DNA from: a virus
Lineage: Duplodnaviria > Caudoviricetes
Strand: one strand, 5' to 3'
Virus record (IMG/VR): IMGVR_UViG_3300029825_000438
Location: 1 to 38,729 of that record
DNA length: 38,729 nucleotides
Part shown: positions 1-8,490 of the stretch, one piece after another
Position numbering within the stretch: the stretch's first letter is position 1
Layout: the number at the start of each line of letters is the position of its first letter
Notes under the pieces: generated by a model
The model's input: only the letters and a program-made list of their open reading frames with translations
Told to the model about the DNA's origin: nothing
The model's database searches: none
Position numbers and translations under genes: made by a program

Positions 1-94
1 AATTAAATAAAAAGGGATGAACCCTTAGATTTTCAGCATAACCGTGTATTTGTTGGTGATGATGTCTTCGAGGTTAGCACGTCTGAGGTTAGCA
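1..94. repeat. Terminal direct overlap, left copy (identical to 38495-38588)
   Basis: 94 nt exact match; divergence begins inside the 15-bp array. Confidence 0.95.
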
Positions 95-453
95 TCTTCG
101 AGGTTAGCACCTATGAGGTTAGCACGTCTGAGGTTAGCATCTTCGAGGTTAGCAGCATACAACTGATCAAGTTTATGCTTGAAAAACCAAGGCTTACCCA
201 CCTCAAAAGCCACGTCAAAAACCTTCTCCGGTGGTTGTTCACCAAACAAACCATCAGCTAGAGGCAGAGATGAAGCTCCACGGTCAAAAACAATATTCGC
301 AGGATAATAAAGTTCAAACCTGTAAGGCTCAATCTTTCCCAGCCGCAGGTCTTCGTCTTCCCTGCAGAGGACATCATGATGTTTTTCTCCGTTGCAGAGT
401 CCTTTTAATCGGCCGTTTTTCTCATAGACAAGTATGGCAATTCCGTTACAGAT
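25..453 (-). CDS. Pentapeptide-repeat protein (A-N-L-x-x), ~142 aa, probable ATC start
   Basis: Frame is open from 465 to 25; GGAGG SD lies just upstream of ATC-TGT-AAC at 453; C-terminal [15 protein letters not shown] repeats. The ORF-track start at 249 (TTG) has no SD. Confidence 0.75.
   Translation of the reverse strand: MCNGIAILVYEKNGRLKGLCNGEKHHDVLCREDEDLRLGKIEPYRFELYYPANIVFDRGASSLPLADGLFGEQPPEKVFDVAFEVGKPWFFKHKLDQLYAANLEDANLRRANLIGANLEDANLRRANLEDIITNKYTVMLKI
65..154. repeat. 15-bp tandem array (NNNNNGAGGTTAGCA), 6 units
   Basis: Directly visible; encodes the pentapeptides. Confidence 0.95.
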
Positions 454-454
454 G

Positions 455-1408
455 TTAGTCCCCTCCTAATGCTTCTTTAACCTTACCGACTTCGTCTTGA
501 GTGATTTTATCCTCACCGAGGAGGTCCTGACAGGCCTCTATGACTTCATCCTTGTTCGCCCCAACGTCTTCGACTGTGTGTATCCATTTATCCAGTTCCT
601 GGTTGATTCCTTTGATTTTAGTGAGGTCTACGCTGGCCATGTTTACGGTTTCAGGTTCATCAGTTGTTTTGGTTTGCTTGGTAGGACTGGGTTTCTTTTT
701 TTCTTTGAAGTCTGCGTCTACTGCGTTGTTTATTATATCGTTTACAGCATCTTCATCATTTAACTTTGAAGGGGTTTTCTTACTTGCCATTTCCTGTTTA
801 AGATTCCCAGTTCCGGGTCTTTGTCTTGCTTTAACCTTCCCTGTTCTACCATTACCCTTTTTAACTGTTTTTGTGGTGGTTAGGCTCATTTCCTCTGCAC
901 TGACTTCACCAGCCCCGATCATATCAGAAATAGCACGATTAAAAGCCCTTGTAAATGCTGTCGAAGGTATATCATGCTCTGGTTTATCAAAGTGTTTACG
1001 ACCGTTACAAGGCCCTTTACAAGTCACACACCCATTTTTATCCACTTTATCAAGTTCATGTGATTTATCCCAGATACTGCAAGCTCCATAGCCGGGAATG
1101 CTGCGTCCGTTCGGGGCTATGGCTTCAACTTCCCATTCAGCAGTGATAACTCTCCCCTGGTCATCTCGGAGTATGTCTTTTGATACTTTTTTTACTGTGA
1201 TTTGAAATGCAGTTCCGTATTTTCTCCATGCTGATTTTTTCTTGAATTCCCCGTCCTGGTAATCGTCATCGGTTAACAATTCTTTTGTAAGGCGTTGATA
1301 ATCATCCCACCACTCTAAAGCACCGTCTACATCCACTGGTAAGGGGCTTTCTACTTGGAGGGGTAAGTTATCGCATTGTTCGTCTTGGTTTTGTATTTCG
1401 TCGCTCAT
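455..1408 (-). CDS. Single-strand annealing recombinase, Rad52/Sak-like
   Basis: KKSAWRK...GYGACS...STAFTRAFNRAISDMIG core plus a disordered C-terminus; adjacent to SSB-like gene. Confidence 0.6.
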   Translation of the reverse strand: MSDEIQNQDEQCDNLPLQVESPLPVDVDGALEWWDDYQRLTKELLTDDDYQDGEFKKKSAWRKYGTAFQITVKKVSKDILRDDQGRVITAEWEVEAIAPNGRSIPGYGACSIWDKSHELDKVDKNGCVTCKGPCNGRKHFDKPEHDIPSTAFTRAFNRAISDMIGAGEVSAEEMSLTTTKTVKKGNGRTGKVKARQRPGTGNLKQEMASKKTPSKLNDEDAVNDIINNAVDADFKEKKKPSPTKQTKTTDEPETVNMASVDLTKIKGINQELDKWIHTVEDVGANKDEVIEACQDLLGEDKITQDEVGKVKEALGGD

Positions 1409-1836
1409 TCCAGTCCCTCACTGTATTCTTTTTTGTATTCATCAGGCACTTCATCAGAGGGGATTATTGTTAGTTTGTAGATGATTTTATCACTGTATTG
1501 AGGATTACTGTTTGGTATTAGTCGTTCTACTTCGCAGAAAACATAATCAAACTGATATACACCCTTAATTTTTCCTTTTAAATCAGTGTGTGCAGGTAGA
1601 AGTACCTGTCTCCCATCATCGACTACGATCAGGAGTTGGTCTCCGTATTTTCGCTCTTCAGTTCCCAGGACGAGTCCTTCTATTTCATGACCTATTTTGA
1701 AGGGGTTCCATACGAATTTTTCGACTTCTTCTCCGGTTTCGGGGTCGGTTTCGGTTCCTATGAAGTCTATGTTGTCGCTTTCTACTTCTATCGCTTCAGC
1801 TTTTTTTTCAGCCATTTTATCCTTTAGTGTGCTCAT
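1405..1836 (-). CDS. Putative OB-fold ssDNA-binding protein
   Basis: WNPxxxGxEIEG beta-rich pattern, acidic C-terminus, ATGA-coupled to the annealing protein. Confidence 0.5.
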   Translation of the reverse strand: MSTLKDKMAEKKAEAIEVESDNIDFIGTETDPETGEEVEKFVWNPFKIGHEIEGLVLGTEERKYGDQLLIVVDDGRQVLLPAHTDLKGKIKGVYQFDYVFCEVERLIPNSNPQYSDKIIYKLTIIPSDEVPDEYKKEYSEGLE

Positions 1837-2463
1837 TTATATCACCTTTATCGTTTCTTCCGGGCTTTTAAAAGCCGGTTTGTCGTTTTCTTCACATTCA
1901 CACGGTACGGTTGGTCGTTTGTTGATTTCCGCAAACACAAGCCGGTTTTGATAATCACGTTTCAGTTTTTTCATATCAATTGCAGCTGCTTTGCTGTCCT
2001 GTTTCAACTGTTCGATCTTCTCTGTAAGTTTCTTGTAACCGTCTTCAATCTCCTTTATATCCTCTGTTAAGAGTTCGTTTCGTAGATATTTCTCATAGTC
2101 TGGTTTACGTGTGTAACCAGCTTCTTTCATACCTTCTTTATCGTTTAGGTAACCTAAAACAAGGTTATCAATCTTATATTTTCCTTCAGCTTTCGCCCGG
2201 TACAACTCATCGTTTAAAGCAGTGATTTTCTCTTGTCGAGTGTATTCGCATTTTTCAGCTTCGTATAGGTCATGTGATAGTTTTTCAACGTCTAGGAATC
2301 CTGTTCCCTGTCCGAGGCTGTCGAACTGTTTCTGGAGTGCTTTTCTTTTGTCGAACTCTTCCCTCCAGCACCGGCGGGCTTCCGTTAACTCTTTCTGTAC
2401 TTCATTATACGCTGTAAGCAAATCATCTATATCCGTTACAGCATCGCTTTTTGTTTCAGCCAT
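1837..2463 (-). CDS. Coiled-coil hypothetical protein
   Basis: Long charged helical ORF; GAGGTGA SD before ATG at 2463. Confidence 0.75.
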   Translation of the reverse strand: MAETKSDAVTDIDDLLTAYNEVQKELTEARRCWREEFDKRKALQKQFDSLGQGTGFLDVEKLSHDLYEAEKCEYTRQEKITALNDELYRAKAEGKYKIDNLVLGYLNDKEGMKEAGYTRKPDYEKYLRNELLTEDIKEIEDGYKKLTEKIEQLKQDSKAAAIDMKKLKRDYQNRLVFAEINKRPTVPCECEENDKPAFKSPEETIKVI

Positions 2464-2632
2464 TTTCTTTTTCACCTCAAATCTTTAAATTTCCCACTTT
2501 TGGGTTCAGGGGATTTATAAGAGTGCCATTTACAATAACAGAGAATATATATTATTGATTTTCTAACAAGGGGTTGATTTTTTTTAGTTTTGACATCTCC
2601 TATCAAATCCTATCCTGCCAAAAAAAGGGAAT

Positions 2633-2776
2633 CTATAGCCCACCACCTATTAGAGCGGTGATGAGTAAATAAACACCATAAACACCAAACATTATCCCCC
2701 CACACAAACACACACCCGCCAGGGCAAGTGCCAGGGCAACCTCCAAGTCCTCACTGTTGAAATTAACCACGTTCAT
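2633..2776 (-). CDS. Small membrane protein (47 aa)
   Basis: MNVVNFNSEDLEVALALALAGVCLCGGIMFG...; GGAGG SD; ATGA overlap with upstream gene. Confidence 0.6.
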   Translation of the reverse strand: MNVVNFNSEDLEVALALALAGVCLCGGIMFGVYGVYLLITALIGGGL

Positions 2777-2898
2777 CCTATAATCCCTCCGAAGGCTAGG
2801 CAAGCCAGGAAAACGATGCAAACAATTATAAAAGCGACCTGTAAGATAAAAACAGGATTCGCCTCTCCCCCGGTGTTTGGTTGTTCCAATCCAGCCAT
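2773..2898 (-). CDS. Small single-TM protein (41 aa)
   Basis: MAGLEQPNTGGEANPVFILQVAFIIVCIVFLACLAFGGIIG; SD upstream; not in ORF track. Confidence 0.6.
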   Translation of the reverse strand: MAGLEQPNTGGEANPVFILQVAFIIVCIVFLACLAFGGIIG

Positions 2899-2900
2899 AT

Positions 2901-3068
2901 TTAATCACTCTCCTCATATTCTTCTTCTTCCAAGTCAAACCGTACAGACTCCTTCAACCGTGCCATAGCCTGCTTAAAACGCATCTTCAACGATACATTT
3001 TCTTCTTTTGCTTTACCAGCCCATTTAAAATCATTCCGCCGGAACGGCGTTAATATCTCATCACTCAT
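2901..3068 (-). CDS. Small hypothetical protein (55 aa, acidic tail)
   Basis: MSDEILTPFRRNDFKWAGK...EEEEYEESD; GGAGG SD; fills the gap in the operon. Confidence 0.65.
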   Translation of the reverse strand: MSDEILTPFRRNDFKWAGKAKEENVSLKMRFKQAMARLKESVRFDLEEEEYEESD

Positions 3069-3071
3069 ACC

Positions 3072-3548
3072 TTAACCCTCCTGTAATCGTTTACCCATAT
3101 TCAAAAAAGCTTGCTCAACAGCTCCAGGATGCCATTTCAGATCCAAACTATGAGATTCTATGTAATCTTTCAAGTCATCATCAGTTGGTTCCGGGCCTTT
3201 CTCCGATAGGAGCCTGTTAAGATTGTATAAAATAGCTTCTATCATCCATTGGTCATCATGCCACTCTAAGCCTCCTAAATGGTGGGCTATGGCTTCATCC
3301 ATGACCTGGTAATATTTAAAAAAGAAGTGTTCTCTAATGTGGTGTGATAAGTTTCGCAGGTTTTCAAACTCTTCCTGACTGAACTCTCTTATCTCGATTT
3401 CAAGGGGGTAATCATGTCTAATGCTTCGTATGTAATCGTTTTCGTGGATGTACGGATTGTTGTTGTAGTCTTCCTGTCTTTTTTGGATGGTTGCTTGACG
3501 TAAGGCCATCTGGTTTACACGCATTGGCCCATTTTCTATTATATCCAT
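3072..3548 (-). CDS. Hypothetical protein, first gene of early operon
   Basis: 158-aa ORF with GGAGA SD, downstream of a TATA box. Confidence 0.75.
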   Translation of the reverse strand: MDIIENGPMRVNQMALRQATIQKRQEDYNNNPYIHENDYIRSIRHDYPLEIEIREFSQEEFENLRNLSHHIREHFFFKYYQVMDEAIAHHLGGLEWHDDQWMIEAILYNLNRLLSEKGPEPTDDDLKDYIESHSLDLKWHPGAVEQAFLNMGKRLQEG

Positions 3549-3597
3549 ATCTTATCTCTCCTTCCGTTTTCTGCTCCCTCCCACGCGTGCAGAAGGG

Positions 3598-3780
3598 AAG
3601 GAGAAAACTTTAAAAAAAGAAATTGTTTTCTCCTTGTATGTACTTACAAATGTACTTACAATAGTACTGTGTAAGAGGTTGTATATAAATGTATCTATAC
3701 GAATGTACCTACTAACATAAGAACATATATATATACAAAAAAAAGAATATAAGTATAGATTCAAAAAAATACAAAAAGGT
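3598..3780. promoter_or_regulatory. Divergent promoter/operator region
   Basis: Minus-strand TTTATATA at 3682-3689; tandem ATGTACTTACAA at 3638-3649 and 3650-3661, variant at 3703-3714; 11-bp inverted repeat 3598-3608/3625-3635. Confidence 0.65.
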
Positions 3781-3957
3781 ATGAAAATGAAATATGAAAC
3801 TAAAATAGGTATTTCCCACCAGTCTTTAATGACTACCATCCCCAAACCACTTGTAGATTGGTTATCTGCAAAAAAAGGAGATATAGTCGTTTGGGATTGT
3901 GAAATAGATGATAAAGGACAATTAAATATCTCATTATCCCTCAAAAAATCAGAATAA
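3781..3957 (+). CDS. AbrB/MazE/SpoVT-family DNA-binding protein (58 aa), candidate repressor
   Basis: MKYETKIGISHQSLMTTIPKPLVDWLSAKKGDIVVW matches the AbrB pattern (TIPK...KGD.V.W); the only convincing plus-strand gene. Confidence 0.75.
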   Translation: MKMKYETKIGISHQSLMTTIPKPLVDWLSAKKGDIVVWDCEIDDKGQLNISLSLKKSE

Positions 3958-4018
3958 ATATCAATTCTATTATTAACTAACCCGGAGAATTTTTCGTTTA
4001 AAAAAACAGGAGATGACG

Positions 4019-4147
4019 TCAAAATCCATCATCTCCAGCATGTTTTATAAAGTAATTAAGGTGAACGTAGTATTGTGTCTGTGTTTTGGGTTTGCTTTCG
4101 CGTTCAAGGAAAAATTCGATTAATTTTTCATCATCTTTTAAATCCAT
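4019..4147 (-). pseudogene. N-terminal fragment resembling a tyrosine integrase core-binding region (42 aa)
   Basis: MDLKDDEKLIEFFLERESKPKTQTQYYVHLNYFIKHAG; TTTATAT box ~26 nt upstream (leaderless); ends within an inverted repeat; canonical integrase position convergent with the repressor. Confidence 0.4.
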
Positions 4148-4204
4148 CACTGACTTTTTTTGTAGGGATGGAATATAAATGTTTTCTTATAAAAAGTTGT
4201 ATAA

Positions 4205-6265
4205 TTAGTTATTAGTGTCCTTCAATATTTTATACATCTTTTTAACTTTTTCTTCTGGATTTTTTATACCTAATGCTTTTAACACAGCTAGATCTAGCTT
4301 AAATCTAAAGGACTCATCTAATTGATCCCAAAATGGATCTAATTTTTGGTCAGAAATTTCGTCAAATATTTCACATAAATCTTTAATTTTATTTTCATTC
4401 AATGTATCGACATTGATTAATGGTATTTCCAAGTAATCATTTTTTAAAAGCCTGGTCCAGGTATTTGAAATTTTTCTACCAAGAAGTGTTAATATACAAA
4501 AGAATAATGTACTGTTAAACCAAGCTGCTAAAATTTTAGCGATTTTCTCATCCTTATCTTTAACTATATAGAAATTTTTGGACGCAGCTACTTCTTTACT
4601 ACTATAATTAGCAAATACTCCCCGTCTTTTAAACCCTAAATCAACCTTATCTGGTATAATAATGTGTCCAAACGGTTTTTTAGTTGACATTTGTTTGTAA
4701 ACATGGCTATACCAATATTTTCCATATGATTTAATCGCAGGTAAAGCACTTTCTGAATTCACACCCCACTCAATATAATTACGTAAATCTTTATTCAATT
4801 CATTATGTTCAATAGGAGGCAAGGAAAGCATATAACTTTCTAAAGGACTTTCAATGATGCTATCATAAAGGCTTGGCTTACGAAAAGTTTTTATAAAATA
4901 TTGTTTTTCCAGTTTTAAAACCGTTTTATCCTCTAAATTAGATATGGTTAGATTATTGGAAGTTTCATTATCTAATTTCCAATATTTATTAGGGATAAAA
5001 AAGAATTCAGGTCCATACATTTCTACACCACATATTATACTCTTCGAACCTAATGCATCTTCCCAATACTCCAATGTCCCTTTTTCAAAACCTTCTGAAA
5101 ATATTTCAACTAAGAAATTCCTTAAATCTCGTTTGCCAAATAAAGATAACCAATTAATGTTTAAATACCTTGGTAAATTGTTAATGTCAAACAAATCCTG
5201 TGAATATTTATTAGAAAATGAACCATTATTCTCCATTAGAAAATCAGTAATTTCTTGGCTGTTATCATTAAGTTCTGAAAAAACAGTGAAAGAAGCTTCA
5301 GACCCTTTAATGGCTGCTAAAATAACCTCTTTAAATCCACTATCTTCTGAGAAAGAAGATCTTGAAGAACTTTCCAGGATTCCTAATGTATTATAATTAC
5401 TTTTTAACAACCATTTGTAGCCTTTACCATAAATTGTATAAAATGTAGAAACTGGGAGTACTGAGATTATTAAGCCATTCTGGTTTAATATGTAATCAGA
5501 CAAGTAGAGACAAAGTGTTTGTAAACTCATTTCTTTTCGAGTAATATATTTTTCATATCCCCAATCAGATATTATCTTTAATAAAAATTCTCTATATTTT
5601 TTATCTAAGTATTTCCATCTTGTAAAAGGAGGATTAGTTAAAATAACATCAGCATTTGGTAATTTCGATTTAGTATTAAAGGGAGAAAAGTCTCTTAAAA
5701 CAGTTTCAAAGGCATCCCCAACAACAATCTCAATTAATTGATTTTTCCCATCTAAAGCTGTTAAAATCGCTGTATATGCAACTAAAGCTGGTAAAGGCAG
5801 CGGTTCAATTCCCCAAACTTTTTCGACCTTTTCGGATCCTATTAACTCAAGAGTCTGAGTAATTGCCATTCCAGACCCCATAAATGGATCTGCAATTACA
5901 ATACTGTCTTTCTCTAATTTCTTTAAATATTTCTCTACCATTAATGCCATAAACCTTGAGCCACTTTCGATAGTATAGTAGGCAGCGAATTTTTTTCTTT
6001 CTCCTTGAGGAATCAGTTTTTGGACTTTAATTTGGCATTCTTCAATAGATAAATTATTTTCTGAAAGTTTTGAATCAATATATTCTATTTCTTCAGAATT
6101 TAAATCTTTTAAAATGTTTAAAACTGAAATATTTTCATTTTTTAAGGGATATAAACTATTTACGTCAGAATATTCGATTAATATCTTTAAAGCTGCGGTA
6201 AGGATATCAAATGCGTCTTTATTCACAGGTATAATGCCCATCTTTTCTAATATTTTTTTTTCCAT
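4205..6265 (-). CDS. N6-adenine DNA methyltransferase (gamma order) with C-terminal target-recognition region; no endonuclease evident
   Basis: AYYT, motif I DPFMGSG, motif IV NPPF; AT-rich relative to structural genes. Confidence 0.85.
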   Translation of the reverse strand: MEKKILEKMGIIPVNKDAFDILTAALKILIEYSDVNSLYPLKNENISVLNILKDLNSEEIEYIDSKLSENNLSIEECQIKVQKLIPQGERKKFAAYYTIESGSRFMALMVEKYLKKLEKDSIVIADPFMGSGMAITQTLELIGSEKVEKVWGIEPLPLPALVAYTAILTALDGKNQLIEIVVGDAFETVLRDFSPFNTKSKLPNADVILTNPPFTRWKYLDKKYREFLLKIISDWGYEKYITRKEMSLQTLCLYLSDYILNQNGLIISVLPVSTFYTIYGKGYKWLLKSNYNTLGILESSSRSSFSEDSGFKEVILAAIKGSEASFTVFSELNDNSQEITDFLMENNGSFSNKYSQDLFDINNLPRYLNINWLSLFGKRDLRNFLVEIFSEGFEKGTLEYWEDALGSKSIICGVEMYGPEFFFIPNKYWKLDNETSNNLTISNLEDKTVLKLEKQYFIKTFRKPSLYDSIIESPLESYMLSLPPIEHNELNKDLRNYIEWGVNSESALPAIKSYGKYWYSHVYKQMSTKKPFGHIIIPDKVDLGFKRRGVFANYSSKEVAASKNFYIVKDKDEKIAKILAAWFNSTLFFCILTLLGRKISNTWTRLLKNDYLEIPLINVDTLNENKIKDLCEIFDEISDQKLDPFWDQLDESFRFKLDLAVLKALGIKNPEEKVKKMYKILKDTNN

Positions 6266-6286
6266 TTTATCACTTGGCTATCTCTG

Positions 6287-6442
6287 TTAAAGTTTATTAT
6301 TATCCTTTAAATATCGATGCACGGCTTCACGTATAACAACTGCCAGAGGTTGATCGCCTTTTTCTTCCGCGACTTTTTCTAATCCTTCAATTTGTCTTTC
6401 TGACAATTTTATCGTTATTTGACGCATTTTTTGTTTTTTCAT
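6287..6442 (-). CDS. Ribbon-helix-helix (CopG/Arc/MetJ) regulator (51 aa)
   Basis: RQITIKLSERQIEGLEKVAEEKGDQPLAVVIREAVHRYL matches the RHH beta-alpha-alpha pattern; not in ORF track. Confidence 0.8.
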   Translation of the reverse strand: MKKQKMRQITIKLSERQIEGLEKVAEEKGDQPLAVVIREAVHRYLKDNNKL

Positions 6443-6460
6443 TTATATCACTAATTAATT

Positions 6461-6500
6461 TGTAATTTAATGTATTACTTAAAACTTATATAAAGTTTTA
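6461..6500 (-). promoter_or_regulatory. TATA promoter of RHH-MTase operon with candidate operator
   Basis: TTTATATA at 6487-6494 within a near-palindrome; GTAAT-N7-ATTAC just downstream. Confidence 0.6.
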
Positions 6501-6649
6501 TGAATTTTATTTCATCATAATTATTGAAAAAATTAGAGATCGAAATGTAAAATGGAAAAATAGGAAACATAAAGTTCCGCTCCATGAAGGATATTTAAAT
6601 ATTGAGGGTTAAAGAAAACAAGCAACTAAAATGTAGGTGATAATTAAAA

Positions 6650-6735
6650 TTAGAAAAGGTTTGTCCCATTGATCAACTAGCTTTGGACGGTCAGTTGATC
6701 AATGTTATGAGGACGGACAACCCAAACAGATAATT
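6650..6735 (-). ncRNA. Candidate small hairpin RNA
   Basis: TTATATA box at 6760-6766; perfect 12-bp stem 6667-6678/6693-6704 and outer stem 6661-6666/6715-6720; followed by a U-rich tract; no ORF. Confidence 0.4.
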
Positions 6736-6814
6736 AATTGTACTATAAGTTATTCATAGTATATAATAGTATCGGAATGTTTTTCCTTGTAGGTAATTCA
6801 GCAAACAAAATTTT

Positions 6815-6850
6815 GTAGGGTGGGGATAACTCCCCCCTACCTTTTTTTTT
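6815..6850 (+). terminator. GC-rich hairpin plus T-run
   Basis: GTAGGGTGGGGA-TAAC-TCCCCCCTAC followed by T9. Confidence 0.45.
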
Positions 6851-6931
6851 CAAGGATTTCCAGCCTTTTCCATACTTTAATCAAGCTCTCTTATACCTTA
6901 TTTCCAGTATAAGGCTTCTAATGGCTGGAAA

Positions 6932-6954
6932 AAAGTATTACTTAGTAATACTTT
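6932..6954. repeat. Perfect palindrome AAAGTATTACT-T-AGTAATACTTT
   Basis: Directly visible. Confidence 0.85.
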
Positions 6955-7373
6955 CTAAAAGGAGCTTTTCCTGCCTTTCTCGATGCTAAAAGAAGTTTCA
7001 AACTTTATCAGATAGCACCATGGATAAGGCTTTAAACCTTAATTAGGGCTTTTTCTATGCCTTACCCATAAAATCACTGTTTCATATAGGGTAAACCGTC
7101 CATTTATGATAACTTTTAAAATTTTATATAAAAATAGCCTGGAAACATCTCCAGGCTGCAAGCCTGGAAGCCTTGGAGAAAAAAATAAATCTGTTTTTCC
7201 CAGGCTGCAAGGCTGCAAAATATAGACCAACAGCATAAGCAAATAAACAAAATAGGAAGCTTAAGACCAAACAAAAGAAACGATTAAGCAAACCAGATAA
7301 AAAACATAAAAGTATGAAAATAATTGAAGGCAAAAGCAAAATAAGCAAAGAAAGAATAAAAAAAAATAAGAAA

Positions 7374-7511
7374 TTAAAGCTTTTTATCAATAGTTAATTG
7401 GAGAACATCTCCTTTATTCAAATCAAGCTTATTTCTAATGTTAGAAGGCAATTGAATCCTCCCATCTCTTTGGATTTCAGCTGTAAAGCTAACTTGTATA
7501 TCTTCAGGCAT
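7374..7511 (-). CDS. AbrB/MazE/SpoVT-family DNA-binding protein (45 aa)
   Basis: MPEDIQVSFTAEIQRDGRIQLPSNIRNKLDLNKGDVLQLTI has the classic GRIxLPxxIRxxLxLxxGD motif; GGTGA SD; not in ORF track. Confidence 0.85.
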   Translation of the reverse strand: MPEDIQVSFTAEIQRDGRIQLPSNIRNKLDLNKGDVLQLTIDKKL

Positions 7512-7644
7512 TATCTCACCATGTTAAACATTTTTCTGATTGATTCCTTAAAGCTTGATGCTGTATTATATCCATCTCCATAAGTAAGTTTATGGATTAA
7601 GTTTTCACCATCCAAATAATAAAAAAAATTTAAAAAAAAATAAT

Positions 7645-8079
7645 TTAATAAATCTCAACTGAGATTCCTTGGTTATTGTAAGCTTCATCTGTGATGTCTG
7701 TTTGATTGCCTTCTAAGTCAAACATTACAAATTGCCTGGGATATTCCAGACCATCACAGAATAAATCATCCATCAATTCTGCTAAGCCTGCAAAGTCATC
7801 TGTATAACCTTGATTGACCGCATCCACCATATAATCATTATACCCAGGTAGAATATCTTTGAGATGCTCTATTATCCAGGTTTTTGCAACCATCCACAGA
7901 TGACCAAATTTTTTATCGGATATAATGCCTTCTAACATCTGATAATTGAAATCTTCCGATTCATTAACCATGTATTCGATGTCTTCTATATCCTCCAGCT
8001 GGTAGATTTCAGCCTGGATTATTGCTTTCTTAATGCTGTTTATGTTGTTTTCTATATCCCAAATGTTATTTATTGACAT
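7645..8079 (-). CDS. Highly acidic hypothetical protein (candidate anti-defence)
   Basis: ~30 D/E vs ~8 K/R by hand count; GGTGA SD before ATG 8079 (alternative start 8091). Confidence 0.75.
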   Translation of the reverse strand: MSINNIWDIENNINSIKKAIIQAEIYQLEDIEDIEYMVNESEDFNYQMLEGIISDKKFGHLWMVAKTWIIEHLKDILPGYNDYMVDAVNQGYTDDFAGLAELMDDLFCDGLEYPRQFVMFDLEGNQTDITDEAYNNQGISVEIY

Positions 8080-8113
8080 ATTTCTCACCATCTCCCATTA
8101 ATAAAAAATAATA

Positions 8114-8134
8114 GAAGGAGAATTATTCTCCTTC
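8114..8134 (-). terminator. Palindrome over stop codon, followed by T-rich tract
   Basis: GAAGGAGAAT-T-ATTCTCCTTC. Confidence 0.45.
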
Positions 8135-8461
8135 AAAAACTCCAATATTTATTAAAAACTCGATATCATCTTCATTAAATTCCCATTTCTCCCTACCTTC
8201 AAAGTCTTCTTTGAAGCCTTCTTCTCCAAAGTAGGGGAGAATATAAAAACTTTCTAATTTATCCCCGTTCATCATGCAAACTTGATAATCTGAATTAGTG
8301 AAAAAGACATTTCCAGAGTGCATATTAAACATGATAGTAACTCCATCATCTTCAAAATCATCAGGGAAACCCTGGTCAATGCTGGCGGTTAATAATTCAG
8401 CTGCTAATTTTCTTTCTCTATATCCAAATTTTGACATATCTGTTGTGGTCGGGTCATACAT
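8123..8461 (-). CDS. Highly acidic hypothetical protein (candidate anti-defence)
   Basis: ~26 D/E vs 8 K/R in 112 aa; GAGGT SD; first gene behind a consensus promoter. Confidence 0.8.
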   Translation of the reverse strand: MYDPTTTDMSKFGYRERKLAAELLTASIDQGFPDDFEDDGVTIMFNMHSGNVFFTNSDYQVCMMNGDKLESFYILPYFGEEGFKEDFEGREKWEFNEDDIEFLINIGVFEGE

Positions 8462-8490
8462 TTTTATTACCTCTAAAATCTCGGTTGGGT

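Noticed and set aside
1-94. Overlap as a biological direct terminal repeat
   Set aside because: Break falls in a tandem array inside a gene, typical of an assembly break on a circular map
65-154. 15-bp repeats as a CRISPR mini-array or DGR repeats
   Set aside because: No spacers; units are in-frame pentapeptide codons; no cas or reverse transcriptase gene in the window
2633-2938. 101-aa ORF as called in the track
   Set aside because: Better explained by separate small genes with their own SDs (2901-3068, 2773-2898, 2633-2776)
3552-4022. 156-aa minus-strand ORF
   Set aside because: Antisense to the AbrB gene and spans the promoter region; low-complexity I/F/Y composition
4205-6265. Complete restriction-modification system
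   Set aside because: No recognisable PD-(D/E)xK, HNH or helicase restriction subunit in or next to the gene
6650-6850. tRNA gene
   Set aside because: Hairpins present but no cloverleaf or T-loop consensus
7124-7390. 88-aa hydrophobic ORF
   Set aside because: Arises from a T-rich tract after the AbrB stop; TTG start without SD; likely a terminator zone
7511-7615. ~30-aa ORF coupled by TAATG to AbrB
   Set aside because: Start unclear (TTG without SD, or ATC after GGTGA); too weak to list as a feature
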